A program made the translations under genes and the position numbers. DNA of 59,160 nt, filler included. It is 7 parts of 7 records of this genome, joined end to end, with 100 filler letters (N's around TTAATTAATTAA, not from the genome) between each part and the next. Parts side by side here need not be neighbours in the genome. Positions count along the whole stretch, not along the records: positions 39,718 to 52,380 come from SRR31147125_41572; 6 more parts are not named here. One strand, given 5' to 3'. The notes beneath the pieces are model-generated. The model was given only the letters and a program-made list of their open reading frames with translations. It had not been told where the DNA came from and did not search any database. Below, one piece after another: positions 40,290 to 50,219 of this stretch. Numbering within the stretch: the first letter of the stretch is position 1; each line of letters opens with the position of its first letter.

Positions 40290-41462
40290 GTGCATCGCAA
40301 CCTATCGCCTACCTCGACTGCTTCTCGGGCATCAGCGGTGACATGCTGCTCGGGGCCCTGCTCGACTGCGGGCTGTCCGAAGAAGCACTTCGCAACGAGC
40401 TGGGCAAGCTTGAGCTGGACCCATACGAGTTGACGGTTTCGACACAGCTGCGTAAATCCATTTCCGCCCGCTCTGTCCAGATCAATTCCCTGAGCGAGCA
40501 ACGATTCAGGAACCTGAGGACAATCACCGACCTGCTTTCCGCCAGCACGCTGGATCCTGAAATATCAGACGTATCGCTGCGGGTATTTCGCAGGCTGGCC
40601 GAAGCGGAGGCGAAAATCCACGGTAAATCGGTCGAGGAAATCCATTTCCACGAGGTTGGAGCGCTCGATACCATCATCGATGTGGTTGGTGTTGTCGCCG
40701 GGTTTCGACTGCTTGGCATCACGGACATAACCTGTTCACCACTCCCGATCGGCCGTGGATTCGTGAAGTGTGCTCACGGCACCCTGCCGCTTCCCGCTCC
40801 TGCGGTCTGCGAGTTGCTCACGGGCGTTCCGATAATCGGTGACGACGCCGACATGGAGCTGGTAACGCCAACCGGCGCAGCCTTGGCCGTTGAACTGGCC
40901 AACAAGTTCGGACCGCTTCCGCCTATGACAATAACCGGAACGGGCTACGGAGCAGGCGATGCGCCCGGCACCGGCAACCGCCCCAACTTGTTGCGCCTGA
41001 TCACCGGAGAAAAGAGTCCGTTACCGAAAGCCAGGAGGTGGAGGTTATCGAAACCCACCTCGACGATTGGAACCCGGAAGGATATCCGCTGCTCTGTTCG
41101 CGGCTGCTCGGCGCCGGAGCCCTGGATGTGAGCCTGACGCCGATCCAGATGAAAAGGGAAGACCGGGCTTCCGCCTCACCGTCCTTGGAAAGAAAACGGA
41201 CAGTCACCCGCTCAAGGAATTGATCCTGGCCGAGACCTCCGCCATCGGATTGCGCTTCAGAACCGAACGGCGCGTAACCCTGCCGCGGGAGATCATCACT
41301 GTCGAGACCCCGTGGGGCGATGTCGAAGCCAAAAAGGTCCGGACCTCGGCTGGAGAGAAAGTGTACCCGGAGTATGAGTCCTGCAGACAGGTAGCCGAAC
41401 AATTCGGCGTACCGCTCGATCGTGTATACCGGGCAGTGCTCGGCAGATTCGGGACCGACTGA
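40286..41462 (+). CDS. larC: Nickel-pincer cofactor biosynthesis cyclometallase, two frameshifts
   Basis: DCFSGISGDMLLGAL, HFHEVGALD, HG.LP.PAPA, ELVTPTGAA, PNLLR, ETHLDD, MKKGRPG (after correction), ETSAIGLR, PEYE. Confidence 0.9.
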
Positions 41463-41464
41463 AA

Positions 41465-41934
41465 ATGGATCGGGTGCTTGTCGCGATAGCGACCGGAATG
41501 TATACCGGGAAGATCCCTGTTGCGCCGGGAACGTGGGGGTCCGTATTCGCCCTCATTCCGTGGTATTTCTGCCGTACCCTGAGCCTTCCCTCCTACCTCC
41601 TGGTTCTGGCCGTGATTTTCATTCTCGGGTTCTTCAGCGCCGGGTCCGTCGAAAAGATCCTCGACAAACCGGACCCCGGATGCATCGTAATAGACGAGAT
41701 CATGGGGGTTTTCGTCACCCTCACGCTCGCCCCGAACCATCCACTGGCCTGGATTATCGGCCTGGTTCTGTTCAGAATATTCGACATTCTCAAACCATTT
41801 CCCGTTTCCTGGTTCGACACCAGGATGCACGGGGGCTCGGCATCATGATGGACGATGTGATGGCCGGGATCTATGCGCTGATTTGTTTACAATTGATCTG
41901 GCTGGTGATCAGCAGATTCTTTATCGGCAGTTGA
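41465..41934 (+). CDS. pgpA: Phosphatidylglycerophosphatase A, frameshift in a G-run near the 3' end
   Basis: APGTWGS, DPG.IVIDE, LFRIFDILKPFP, GG/LGIMMDDVMAG. Confidence 0.92.
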
Positions 41935-42036
41935 TTGTGGCCGGCTGGCCGGATCGCCCGGAGTGAAGAACGGGGCAGACACCCGCTCACGTGCGCAAAG
42001 GTACGTAAAGGCGGGTCAAGACGGTGTGGTACGCAT

Positions 42037-42084
42037 CGGGTTCAGGTCCGGGCAATCGTCAACCCGGACCTGAACCCGTTTTTT
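42037..42084. terminator. Terminator between convergent pgpA and leuD
   Basis: CGGGTTCAGGTCCGGG...CCCGGACCTGAACCCG then TTTTTT. Confidence 0.8.
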
Positions 42085-42085
42085 C

Positions 42086-42689
42086 CTACTGGAATGAAGG
42101 CAAACGACGATGAACCTCTTCGATCACCGCTTCGTTCTGAAGCAGTTCATCAAGTGTGTTCCACATACCGCCAATCAGTGCGGTGCGCGCCGACGGATTC
42201 ATATCGAGACCGATCGTCCTGCCTCCGCAGGTAACTGTTTGCGACGAGGTCGATATCGAATTCTGCATCCGGGTTATCCTGGGTCATCTGCTGGAGTTCC
42301 GCCACGGTCCCTTCGTCTGTCATGCAGACCGGAATACCGATGCTGGTGCAATTGCCGGCAAAAATCTCGCCAAACGACTCACCGATGATTCCCTTGATTC
42401 CAGACCTCATGATTGCCTGGGGCGCGTGTTCACGACTTGATCCACAGCCGAAATTTCGACCGACGATCAGGATGCTCGCCCCTTCATACCTGGCTTCGTT
42501 GAACGGGTGCTCCTTCTGCGACCCATCTTCGTTAAAACGCTCATCCTTGAAGACTTCCGTGCCGAGCCCCTCGAAGGTGACGCTACGCAGATACCGGGCG
42601 GGAATGATACGGTCGGTATCTATATCGTTGCCGGGCAGCGGAATCGCCCGACCCTGAACTTTCGTTATCGCTGCTGGGTTGGTACTCAT
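42086..42689 (-). CDS. leuD: 3-isopropylmalate dehydratase small subunit, frameshift in an A-run near the 3' end
   Basis: DIDTDRIIPARYL, NFGCGSSREHAP, SFGEIFAGN; C-terminus continues in ORF 42086-42268. Confidence 0.93.
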
Positions 42690-42702
42690 ATTCTGATTCC
42701 TT

Positions 42703-44106
42703 CTATATGAAATTTCTGACATCGGCAACTGCACCTTCTACGGCGGCAGCGGCGACCATGGCCGGGCTCATCAACAGGGTGCGTCCCTTCGCGGTTCCCT
42801 GACGCCCAATGAAGTTACGGTTGGATGAACTCGCGCTGAGCTGGCGACCGGTCAGCTTGTCCGGGTTCATCGCAAGGCACATGGAACAGCCGGCCTCACG
42901 CCATTCGAATCCGGCCTCGGTAAATATCTTATCAAGTCCTTCCTCCTCGGCCTGCTGCTTGACTTTCCTCGAACCGGGAACGGCAAGTGCTTTGACATTC
43001 GATGCGACCTTCCGTCCTTTCACGACCTCGGCAGCCGCCCTGAAATCGGAAATACGGCCGTTGGTACAGGAACCGATAAAGGCCACGTCTATTTTCTGGC
43101 CCTCGATCTTCTGTCCCTCTTCAAAGCCCATGTGCTCGTAGGCCTTCTCGGTGATTTCCACTTCGGTTTCATCGAGATCGGCGATAACCGGCATCGCCTC
43201 ATCCACCCCGATCGCCTGACCGGGGGTAATTCCCCAGGTGACCATCGGGCTCATGGATGTAACATCGAGGTTATAGCTGTCATCGTACTCCGCGTCGGCG
43301 TCCGAAGCCATCGACTTCCAGTGCGCAACGGCATCAGCGAAGGAGTCTCCACCCGGTGCAAACGGTCGACCTTCGAGATAGTCGAAGGTGACCTGGTCAG
43401 GGTTCACATAGCCGACCCGGGCTCCACCTTCGATGCTCATGTTGCAGACAGTCATACGCTCTTCCATGGAAAGCGCGTGAATTGCCGGTCCGCCAAATTC
43501 GTAGGCATAACCGAGACCACCCCTCACGCCCAGCTCGGCGATGATCTTCAGGATGATATCCTTGGCGAAAATCCCCTGGGGGATCGAACCCTCTGCGTTA
43601 ATTTTACGCACCTGCAACCGCTCGAAGGCCAGTGTCTGGGTGGCCAGAACATCGCGCACCTGCGAGGTTCCGATGCCGAACGCGATGGCGCCAAATGCAC
43701 CGTGAGTGGAGGTATGGGAGTCGCCGCATGCGATCGTCGTACCCGGCTGGGTAAAACCGTTTTCAGGCCCGATGATATGGACGATTCCCTGAGAATCGGA
43801 GTCCAGGCCGAAAAACCTGATCCCGAAATCCGTGGTATTATGCTCGATCGCCTGGAGCATCTGCTCGGCAAGGTCGTCCTTGTACGGCCTGATCAACTGA
43901 TTCTGGGTCGGGACGATATGGTCCACGGTGGAAACAGTCCGCTCGGGGTATTTCACCTCCAGCCCTCTCTCCCTCAGCGCCTGAAAAGCCTGGGGCGACG
44001 TCACCTCGTGAACCAGGTGAAGCCCGATAAACAGCTGATCGCGCGTTTCAGAAAGGGATGCGACCTTGTGCAGGTCCCACACCTTGTTAAATAGATTTTT
44101 TCCCAT
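42703..44106 (-). CDS. leuC: 3-isopropylmalate dehydratase large subunit
   Basis: [45 protein letters not shown]; start MGKN. Confidence 0.96.
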   Translation of the reverse strand: MGKNLFNKVWDLHKVASLSETRDQLFIGLHLVHEVTSPQAFQALRERGLEVKYPERTVSTVDHIVPTQNQLIRPYKDDLAEQMLQAIEHNTTDFGIRFFGLDSDSQGIVHIIGPENGFTQPGTTIACGDSHTSTHGAFGAIAFGIGTSQVRDVLATQTLAFERLQVRKINAEGSIPQGIFAKDIILKIIAELGVRGGLGYAYEFGGPAIHALSMEERMTVCNMSIEGGARVGYVNPDQVTFDYLEGRPFAPGGDSFADAVAHWKSMASDADAEYDDSYNLDVTSMSPMVTWGITPGQAIGVDEAMPVIADLDETEVEITEKAYEHMGFEEGQKIEGQKIDVAFIGSCTNGRISDFRAAAEVVKGRKVASNVKALAVPGSRKVKQQAEEEGLDKIFTEAGFEWREAGCSMCLAMNPDKLTGRQLSASSSNRNFIGRQGTAKGRTLLMSPAMVAAAAVEGAVADVRNFI

Positions 44107-44210
44107 TTCCTCTTCCTCTTGTTTAACTGTCCTGCATGATAGTAAGTCCTGCGAATGGTGACGCCAATTAGTGGCGATCCGGCAACACAACAATCAATTA
44201 GTATAACCAT

Positions 44211-44255
44211 AAAAACAGCAAACGGGAAGACCCTTGCGGATCTTCCCGTTTGCTG
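44211..44255 (-). terminator. Terminator of the cyd operon
   Basis: CAGCAAACGGGAAGA...TCTTCCCGTTTGCTG then TTTTT on the minus strand. Confidence 0.85.
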
Positions 44256-44278
44256 GCGGTACGATGACGGAATTGCTG

Positions 44279-44371
44279 CTACAGCATTCCAGCCTTATCC
44301 AGCGCTTTAACCGAAAGTTTGTATGATGCGATAATCAATACGCCCCAGGTAATAATCAGAAACGGAATCAT
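44279..44371 (-). CDS. 30-aa single-TM small protein, putative cytochrome bd accessory subunit (CydX/CydS-like; not in ORF track)
   Basis: MIPFLIITWGVLIIASYKLSVKALDKAGML*; GGAGG RBS 7 nt upstream; lies between cydB and the terminator. Confidence 0.75.
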   Translation of the reverse strand: MIPFLIITWGVLIIASYKLSVKALDKAGML

Positions 44372-44389
44372 CTGTTTTCCTCCCCGTTC

Positions 44390-45523
44390 TCAGTAGGCTT
44401 TGGTATCGTTGAGGTCTTCCGCCCCGATCTTCTTAGCGTCCATCAGGTACCAGACATAGGCGATGTAGCCCAGGACCAGCGGAATAACCAGCGCGACATA
44501 ACACATTGCCGTCAGCGTATAATGGCTCGACGATGCATTGTAGATAGTCAGACTCGACTGCAGATCCGCTTTGGACGGATAGAACGGCGTGTTGTTGAAT
44601 GCCGAGGTGAAAAATACCGCCAGTCCCACCAGCACCGTCCCCAGGCCGCCAAACCAGATGCCCTTGCTGCCACTCAGGAGACTGGTCGACACGACGCCCC
44701 AGACCACCAGAACCAGTCCGGCAAGGAGCAGACCGAGAACAATCGGCATGGCCAGCAGGTTCTGCAGATATTTTCCGGATACAATACTGACAACACCGCT
44801 CTCATCGAACCCGTATCCTTTCATCAGTAACAGGGCTCCAAGGACGTAGAGCAGGAAAGGCAGCGCACACACGAGGCTGGTCAGGCAGGCCTTGCGCAAC
44901 CGCTGCTCCATCTCGGGCGCCAGCGTGAAATCGATGTTGTTGATCAAATACATCGCCCCAAGCAGACGCGCGTTGAAAACAAGGAACAGTCCCAGGGACA
45001 GGTTGAAGAGCGAAAAGGCCGCCTCCAGGCCGCGCAGCGGATTCGTCCACGTTACCTGGTTGTATTCGTTCAGGACGAAGTTCGAGCCGGTGAAAAATGT
45101 ACCGACGGCGGCACCGATCAGCAGGATGCCGACCGAACCGTTGATAAACAGGAAGAGCTCATACACCCGGGCACCGAGCAGGTTGCCCGGCTTCTTGCGG
45201 TACTCGTAACTGACCGCCTGCACGATAAACGTAAACAGGATCAGCATCCATACCCAGTACGCACCTCCGAAGCTGGTTGCGTAGAATTTAGGAAAAGCGG
45301 CAAAGAGCGCACCACCAAACAGTACCAGCGTCGTGAAAGTCAATTCCCATTTGCGGCCAAGCGAGTTGATGACCAGCGATTTTTCGGTTTCTGTTTTGGC
45401 AACCTGCCAGAGCAGCGTCTGTCCTCCCTGAACAAAAGTCATGAACAGAAAGAGCGAGCCAACGACTGACGCCAGAATCCACCAGATCTGCTGCAGAATT
45501 GCAATATCTAAACTCCCAATCAT
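44390..45523 (-). CDS. cydB: Cytochrome bd oxidase subunit II
   Basis: GRKWE...L.LFGGALFAAFP, SLTIYNASSS.YTL. Confidence 0.93.
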   Translation of the reverse strand: MIGSLDIAILQQIWWILASVVGSLFLFMTFVQGGQTLLWQVAKTETEKSLVINSLGRKWELTFTTLVLFGGALFAAFPKFYATSFGGAYWVWMLILFTFIVQAVSYEYRKKPGNLLGARVYELFLFINGSVGILLIGAAVGTFFTGSNFVLNEYNQVTWTNPLRGLEAAFSLFNLSLGLFLVFNARLLGAMYLINNIDFTLAPEMEQRLRKACLTSLVCALPFLLYVLGALLLMKGYGFDESGVVSIVSGKYLQNLLAMPIVLGLLLAGLVLVVWGVVSTSLLSGSKGIWFGGLGTVLVGLAVFFTSAFNNTPFYPSKADLQSSLTIYNASSSHYTLTAMCYVALVIPLVLGYIAYVWYLMDAKKIGAEDLNDTKAY

Positions 45524-47053
45524 TTATGCGCCCTCCGGTCCTTTTTTGATCTGGTTGAGCATGATCTTGATTTCAGCCAGCAACAGCAGAGTAAAGAGAA
45601 TCGCGAACATCCAGAATGTGGTCATGACATTGCCTGTCGCCAGGTTGCTCGTCGCAACCCCCACCGGCAGCATGTCTTGAATTGCCCAGGGTTGACGACC
45701 GAGTTCGGCAACGACCCAGCCGGACTGGCTGGCGATCATAGCAAGAAAGAAAGAGAGGACCCCGAACGGCAGGAGCCAGCGCTTTTCCTCGATCGTGTCC
45801 TTGATTCCGTAGACCAGGAATGCAAGGCAGATCAGGCCGAAATAAACGGCCAGGAAAACCATGATATGAAATGAGTAGAACGATATCTGGACCGGTGGGA
45901 TACCGGCTTCAGGATTCTCCAGGTAACCATACCCCAGAAATTCCTGATTTTCGTTGAACGCTACGAGCGCAGTCTGCGCCGCCGCATCGTCTCCCGCCTT
46001 CTGGGCTGCCTTGTAGGCTGCGAAATCTGCGATCGCCACCTTGCCTCTTTCTATCTTCACATTGGTGCCGACGATTCCCTGCTCGGCGTTGCCGTAGGTG
46101 AGATCGTTGATACCGGGCACGAAGTCATTGGAGCGGTTGGCGAGCCATGACAGCAGGTAGGGGATCTTCACTTCGAACGAGAATGCATCGCCCTCTTCTC
46201 CCGGCTTCTTCTCAGGGTTCAGGATACCGAACGCGACGATAGCCGCTTTCTCTTCACCGTCCCAAAGCCCCTCGTACGCAGCCAGTTTCATCGGCTGGGT
46301 ATGTGCGTTGGAGTAGGCGGATTCATCGCCGGTCAGGCCAACATACGCGAAAGAGATGAGGCCGAAAACCGAGGCCACCAGGATCGAGCGCTTGGCCATC
46401 ACAACATGTTTTCTTTTCAGCAGATAATAAGAAGAAATCGCGAACACGAACATTACCGCCACGAGAAAGCTCGAGCTTGTGGTGTGGGTGAACTTGGCGA
46501 TCGCCACCGGGGAGAAAAGAACCTCCCAGAAGTTCTGCATCTCGAAACGGGCGGTATCCGGGTTGAACGCCATGCCGACCGGATGCTGCATCCAGCCGTT
46601 GGCAACCAGGATCCACAGTGCCGATAGGTTCGAGCCGATCGCAACCATCCACGTGGAAAAAAGATGGAACCCTTTGGACACCCGGTCCCACCCAAAGAAC
46701 ATCACCGCGAAAAAGGTGGCTTCAAGGAAAAATGCGACAATCCCCTCTATGGCGAGCGGCGCTCCGAAGATGTCTCCCACCATCCACGAGTAGTTTGACC
46801 AGTTGGTACCGAACTCGAATTCGAGAATGATGCCGGTCGCGACACCGATCGCGAAGTTGATACCGAACAAGGTCATCCAGAACCGCGTCAGGTTTCTCCA
46901 CTCCTCATTGCCGGTTTTTACATAAATAGTCTCGTAAAACGCACATAAAAACGACAAGCCGAGTGTCAATGGCACAAACAGCCAGTGATACATTGCAGTC
47001 AGAGCAAATTGAGCCCTGGACCAGTTCACCAGTGCCAGGTCTATCTCACCCAT
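45524..47053 (-). CDS. cydA: Cytochrome bd oxidase subunit I
   Basis: HWLFVPLTLG, EFEFGTNW, QPMKLAA.EG Q-loop, ELGRQPW. Confidence 0.96.
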   Translation of the reverse strand: MGEIDLALVNWSRAQFALTAMYHWLFVPLTLGLSFLCAFYETIYVKTGNEEWRNLTRFWMTLFGINFAIGVATGIILEFEFGTNWSNYSWMVGDIFGAPLAIEGIVAFFLEATFFAVMFFGWDRVSKGFHLFSTWMVAIGSNLSALWILVANGWMQHPVGMAFNPDTARFEMQNFWEVLFSPVAIAKFTHTTSSSFLVAVMFVFAISSYYLLKRKHVVMAKRSILVASVFGLISFAYVGLTGDESAYSNAHTQPMKLAAYEGLWDGEEKAAIVAFGILNPEKKPGEEGDAFSFEVKIPYLLSWLANRSNDFVPGINDLTYGNAEQGIVGTNVKIERGKVAIADFAAYKAAQKAGDDAAAQTALVAFNENQEFLGYGYLENPEAGIPPVQISFYSFHIMVFLAVYFGLICLAFLVYGIKDTIEEKRWLLPFGVLSFFLAMIASQSGWVVAELGRQPWAIQDMLPVGVATSNLATGNVMTTFWMFAILFTLLLLAEIKIMLNQIKKGPEGA

Positions 47054-47063
47054 AATCCCTCCT

Positions 47064-47291
47064 TTAATTCTGGTTCCGGGCAGGTTTGGTGATCTGTTCG
47101 ATCACGTGATCCGCCCGCTGTTCATCTGTTGAAAAATTGGTGGCAAGAAAATCCGGGAAGAAAAACAGTTTCAATACTGCAAACATTACAATCAGTTTGA
47201 CGATAATAATCTTCCAGAGGGTTTTACCCACGGTCATGGACTTGAAACCGTCTCTATAGAACCGAAAAACCCGTGTCACTGCTGACGCCAT
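47064..47291 (-). CDS. DUF4492 family small membrane protein (cyd operon)
   Basis: FYRDGFKSMTVGKTLW.II.VKL..MFAVLK.FFFPDFL. Confidence 0.85.
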   Translation of the reverse strand: MASAVTRVFRFYRDGFKSMTVGKTLWKIIIVKLIVMFAVLKLFFFPDFLATNFSTDEQRADHVIEQITKPARNQN

Positions 47292-47667
47292 TGTTCCACC
47301 GATTGAAGTTTCTCACCGCCTGGTAAACGGTGATCTCTTTCCCCGTCTTTAATCCTACGAAAACCGTTCACATTCTGTCAACAATTCCGTTGCTTCGTTA
47401 AAAAGCCGAACTATATCGGAGGGGGCGAAAACTGTCAATAATAATTACTATTACTACCTGCTGTGTGATAATACCCGCCACCACCCTGGTGCGGCACTGT
47501 GGAAGCGCGGTGCAGCGGTACATTTCACGTCGCCGATCCACGTAAGCCGCGTCTGTGCCGACCGTTTCACCTTCACGATGGTATCAACAGTTTTGTTTTC
47601 TCTATTATTTTCATGAAATTTCAAGTTAATTACCACTCTCATCAGCAATCATCGAGAGGAAACTATT

Positions 47668-48576
47668 TTGTTTATCGGTCCGATTCTGGCGCTTACCACG
47701 GTACTCTGCTGGACGATCAGCGTCCAATTTTTCGAGGCGGCGTCGAAACGCGTCGGGTCCGCTCCGGTCAATATCATTCGTCTCGGCGTGGCGCTGCTCC
47801 TGTTCAGCGGGCTGATGCTTATCCGCAGCGGAACTCTCCTGCCTGTCGATTTCCCCCTGCACGCGTGGATGTACCTCGGCTTATCGGGATTTGTGGGATT
47901 TTTCCTTGGCGACCTGTTCCTGTTCAAGTCACTCGTTCTGCTCGGACCCCGTCTGGCGATGCTGATCCAGAGCCTTGCGGCACCGTCCGCCGCGGTGATT
48001 GGCTGGGTCGTCCTGGGAGAACACTATAGTCCCACCCAATGGCTTGGAATTTGTATTACGTTGTCCGGAGTCGCCCTCGTGATCCTGGAACGAACCCCAA
48101 CAACCCCTCAGAGCGGTCTCCGTAAACCAGTGGTGAGCATTAAAGGGGTGGCGATCGGCATGGTCGCGATGCTCGGGCAGGCTGTTGGGTACCTCCTGTC
48201 CAAGGTGGGCATGCAGACGGAATCCGGCTATCTCGATGCGTTCAGCTCTACCCAGATCAGAGCTGTCGCCGCGTTTACCTGCTTCCTGCTGTTTTTCACC
48301 ATTTCGCGGAAATGGTCTCATGTCGGCCGTGCGCTGCGGGATACCCGGGCGGTCACATACACCTCCATGGGGGCGGTGGCCGGTCCATTCATCGGGGTAT
48401 CACTGTCCCTGCTTATCCTGCACTACCTGAGTGCGGGCGTCGCAGCGACCTTTCTGTCGCTGGTACCCGTCGCGATGATCCCCTTCGCGATCTTCCTGCA
48501 CAAAGAACATGTCTCCCCCAGAGCCATTCTGGGCACCTGCCTCGCGATTTTCGGAATCTATCTGCTGATGACCTGA
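47668..48576 (+). CDS. EamA/DMT family transporter
   Basis: About 10 TM helices in two repeats; LGLSGFVGFFLGD, KEHVS..AILG. Confidence 0.88.
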   Translation: MFIGPILALTTVLCWTISVQFFEAASKRVGSAPVNIIRLGVALLLFSGLMLIRSGTLLPVDFPLHAWMYLGLSGFVGFFLGDLFLFKSLVLLGPRLAMLIQSLAAPSAAVIGWVVLGEHYSPTQWLGICITLSGVALVILERTPTTPQSGLRKPVVSIKGVAIGMVAMLGQAVGYLLSKVGMQTESGYLDAFSSTQIRAVAAFTCFLLFFTISRKWSHVGRALRDTRAVTYTSMGAVAGPFIGVSLSLLILHYLSAGVAATFLSLVPVAMIPFAIFLHKEHVSPRAILGTCLAIFGIYLLMT

Positions 48577-48614
48577 ACGGTCGTGATCACCTGAAACGCT
48601 CTGTATCTATCCGT

Positions 48615-50219
48615 TTATGAGCCATAACCACCCGTGACCTCCCCCTGCCCCGGAAGGCCTCGATCGGGATGACGGCTTTCGCCGTCACTGGTCACGAATA
48701 TGCCACTGCGTCCCGGCAGCGGACACACCGTCTCGCAGATCCCGCAGCCGATACAGAAATCATCCACGACAAAGGGCTGTTTGACACTGCGGAACTGATC
48801 GTGTTCATCTCGAACCTCAACCGTTCGAAACGCGATGGCCTTCTCCGGCGTCGGACAATGCTCCTCACAAACGATGCAGGGAACACCTTTGGCATACGGG
48901 AGGCAGAGATTTTTATCGAACCACGCATGCCCGATCTTAAAGCGATGTTTCTGTTCTCGGGTAAGCGCGGAAAGCGCTCCGGTCGGACACACCTGACCGC
49001 ACAGGGTACAGTTGAACTCACAATAGCCGGTGCGCGCAACCAGATACGGTGAGAACACCCCCTCGATCCCGGCTTTCAACATCACCGGCTGCAATCCGTT
49101 GGTAATGCAGACCTGCATGCATTGCCCGCACCGGACGCAGCGTTGCAGAAACTCCTTTTCAGCCAGAGATCCGGGCGGCCGGATGAGCAGGGGATCCGGC
49201 CTGGCCGCAAGCGTCCGGGTCCCGAGTACCGACGGCAGGACCAGCGCAGCCGAAGCACTGGCGATGAACCTGCGCCGGGACAGCGAGGGAGAAACCGTTC
49301 TGGTTAATGGAAAGGCCGCATCGAAAGAGATAATCTGCTGCGGACAGGCGGTAAAACAGTCCATGCAATAGATGCAGCTGCCGGAGTCGATGTTCCGCTC
49401 CTCATCGATCGCGCCCATGCGGCAGGTGTTGCGGCAGACACGACAGGTGCCGCAGGAATCGTCGCCCCCGTGTCCGCGGAGCAGCCCCCGCCTGGTGATC
49501 CACCCGAGTAACGCCCCGAGCGGGCACAGGTTGCGGCAGAAGAAGCGCTTCTGAGAAAACTCGAGACTGAAAACCAGCAGGAGAACGACAAGGCTGAGCA
49601 TTCCCCATTGATAGAATTTCTGCTCGACCGGCAGGATTGTCGCCTGCAGGAACGCATAGATCGGCTCGGTGAGTGAATTGATCAACGGAGGGGCAGAGTC
49701 GTACGTATAGGTGAAGAAAGAGACGGTAACATCGTTGAGCCCGGGATAGAGCGCCTGGGACAGACCGCGTACGAGGATCGAAAAGGGATCAAGGTATCCC
49801 GCCAACGGCACCCCCAGCAGCGCAGAAACGAGGATGAAAACAAGCAGTGTCGTGGCAAGGTGCGGAAAGCGGGTACTCCCTCCTCCGCCTTTCAGTTTCC
49901 AGATCCGGGACCAGCAGTCGAGGAGAGCTCCCATCGGACAGAGCCACCCGCAAAAGCTTCTACCGGCCGCGACACTCAACCCGACGATGATGATTGCCGG
50001 GAGCATCAACGCAATCAGAGATTTTACCGCCAGCATCGTGACCAGCGCAAGCAGCGGGTCAAGTCTGAAAACAATGTTGACCGCATACTCCAGTGTGTCC
50101 GATCCGGTGTAATCGGTCTTGAAAAACAGAAAGAAGAAGAGCAGGAGCGCGAATCCCTGCACCGCGACCCGAGCCGTTTTCAGCAATCGGTACACCACCT
50201 TCTTCCCGGTGTCGCTCAC
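48615..50219 (-). CDS. Membrane polyferredoxin (NapH/MauN-like fused to NapG/MauM-like)
   Basis: GR.FCGWLCPMG, FCRNLCPLG, several CxxCxxCxxxCP clusters, LSRRRF, RPPG, CVRCGQC. Confidence 0.88.
   Translation of the reverse strand: MSDTGKKVVYRLLKTARVAVQGFALLLFFFLFFKTDYTGSDTLEYAVNIVFRLDPLLALVTMLAVKSLIALMLPAIIIVGLSVAAGRSFCGWLCPMGALLDCWSRIWKLKGGGGSTRFPHLATTLLVFILVSALLGVPLAGYLDPFSILVRGLSQALYPGLNDVTVSFFTYTYDSAPPLINSLTEPIYAFLQATILPVEQKFYQWGMLSLVVLLLVFSLEFSQKRFFCRNLCPLGALLGWITRRGLLRGHGGDDSCGTCRVCRNTCRMGAIDEERNIDSGSCIYCMDCFTACPQQIISFDAAFPLTRTVSPSLSRRRFIASASAALVLPSVLGTRTLAARPDPLLIRPPGSLAEKEFLQRCVRCGQCMQVCITNGLQPVMLKAGIEGVFSPYLVARTGYCEFNCTLCGQVCPTGALSALTREQKHRFKIGHAWFDKNLCLPYAKGVPCIVCEEHCPTPEKAIAFRTVEVRDEHDQFRSVKQPFVVDDFCIGCGICETVCPLPGRSGIFVTSDGESRHPDRGLPGQGEVTGGYGS

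Noticed and set aside
38892-42300. Programmed frameshifting or pseudogenisation of the sigma54 activator, pgpA and leuD
   Set aside because: Each is repaired by adding one base to a G- or A-run, the signature of homopolymer sequencing error
43132-44094. Long antisense ORFs in GC-rich contigs (for example 43132-44094, 20594-21220, 24280-24930, 34362-35006)
   Set aside because: Shadows of well-supported genes on the opposite strand, with no recognisable motifs
44110-44255. Leucine attenuator upstream of leuC
   Set aside because: No Leu-rich leader peptide; the hairpin is explained as the cyd operon terminator
44390-47053. Oxygen reductase in a presumed anaerobe as a novelty
   Set aside because: Cytochrome bd is well known in sulfate reducers for oxygen scavenging
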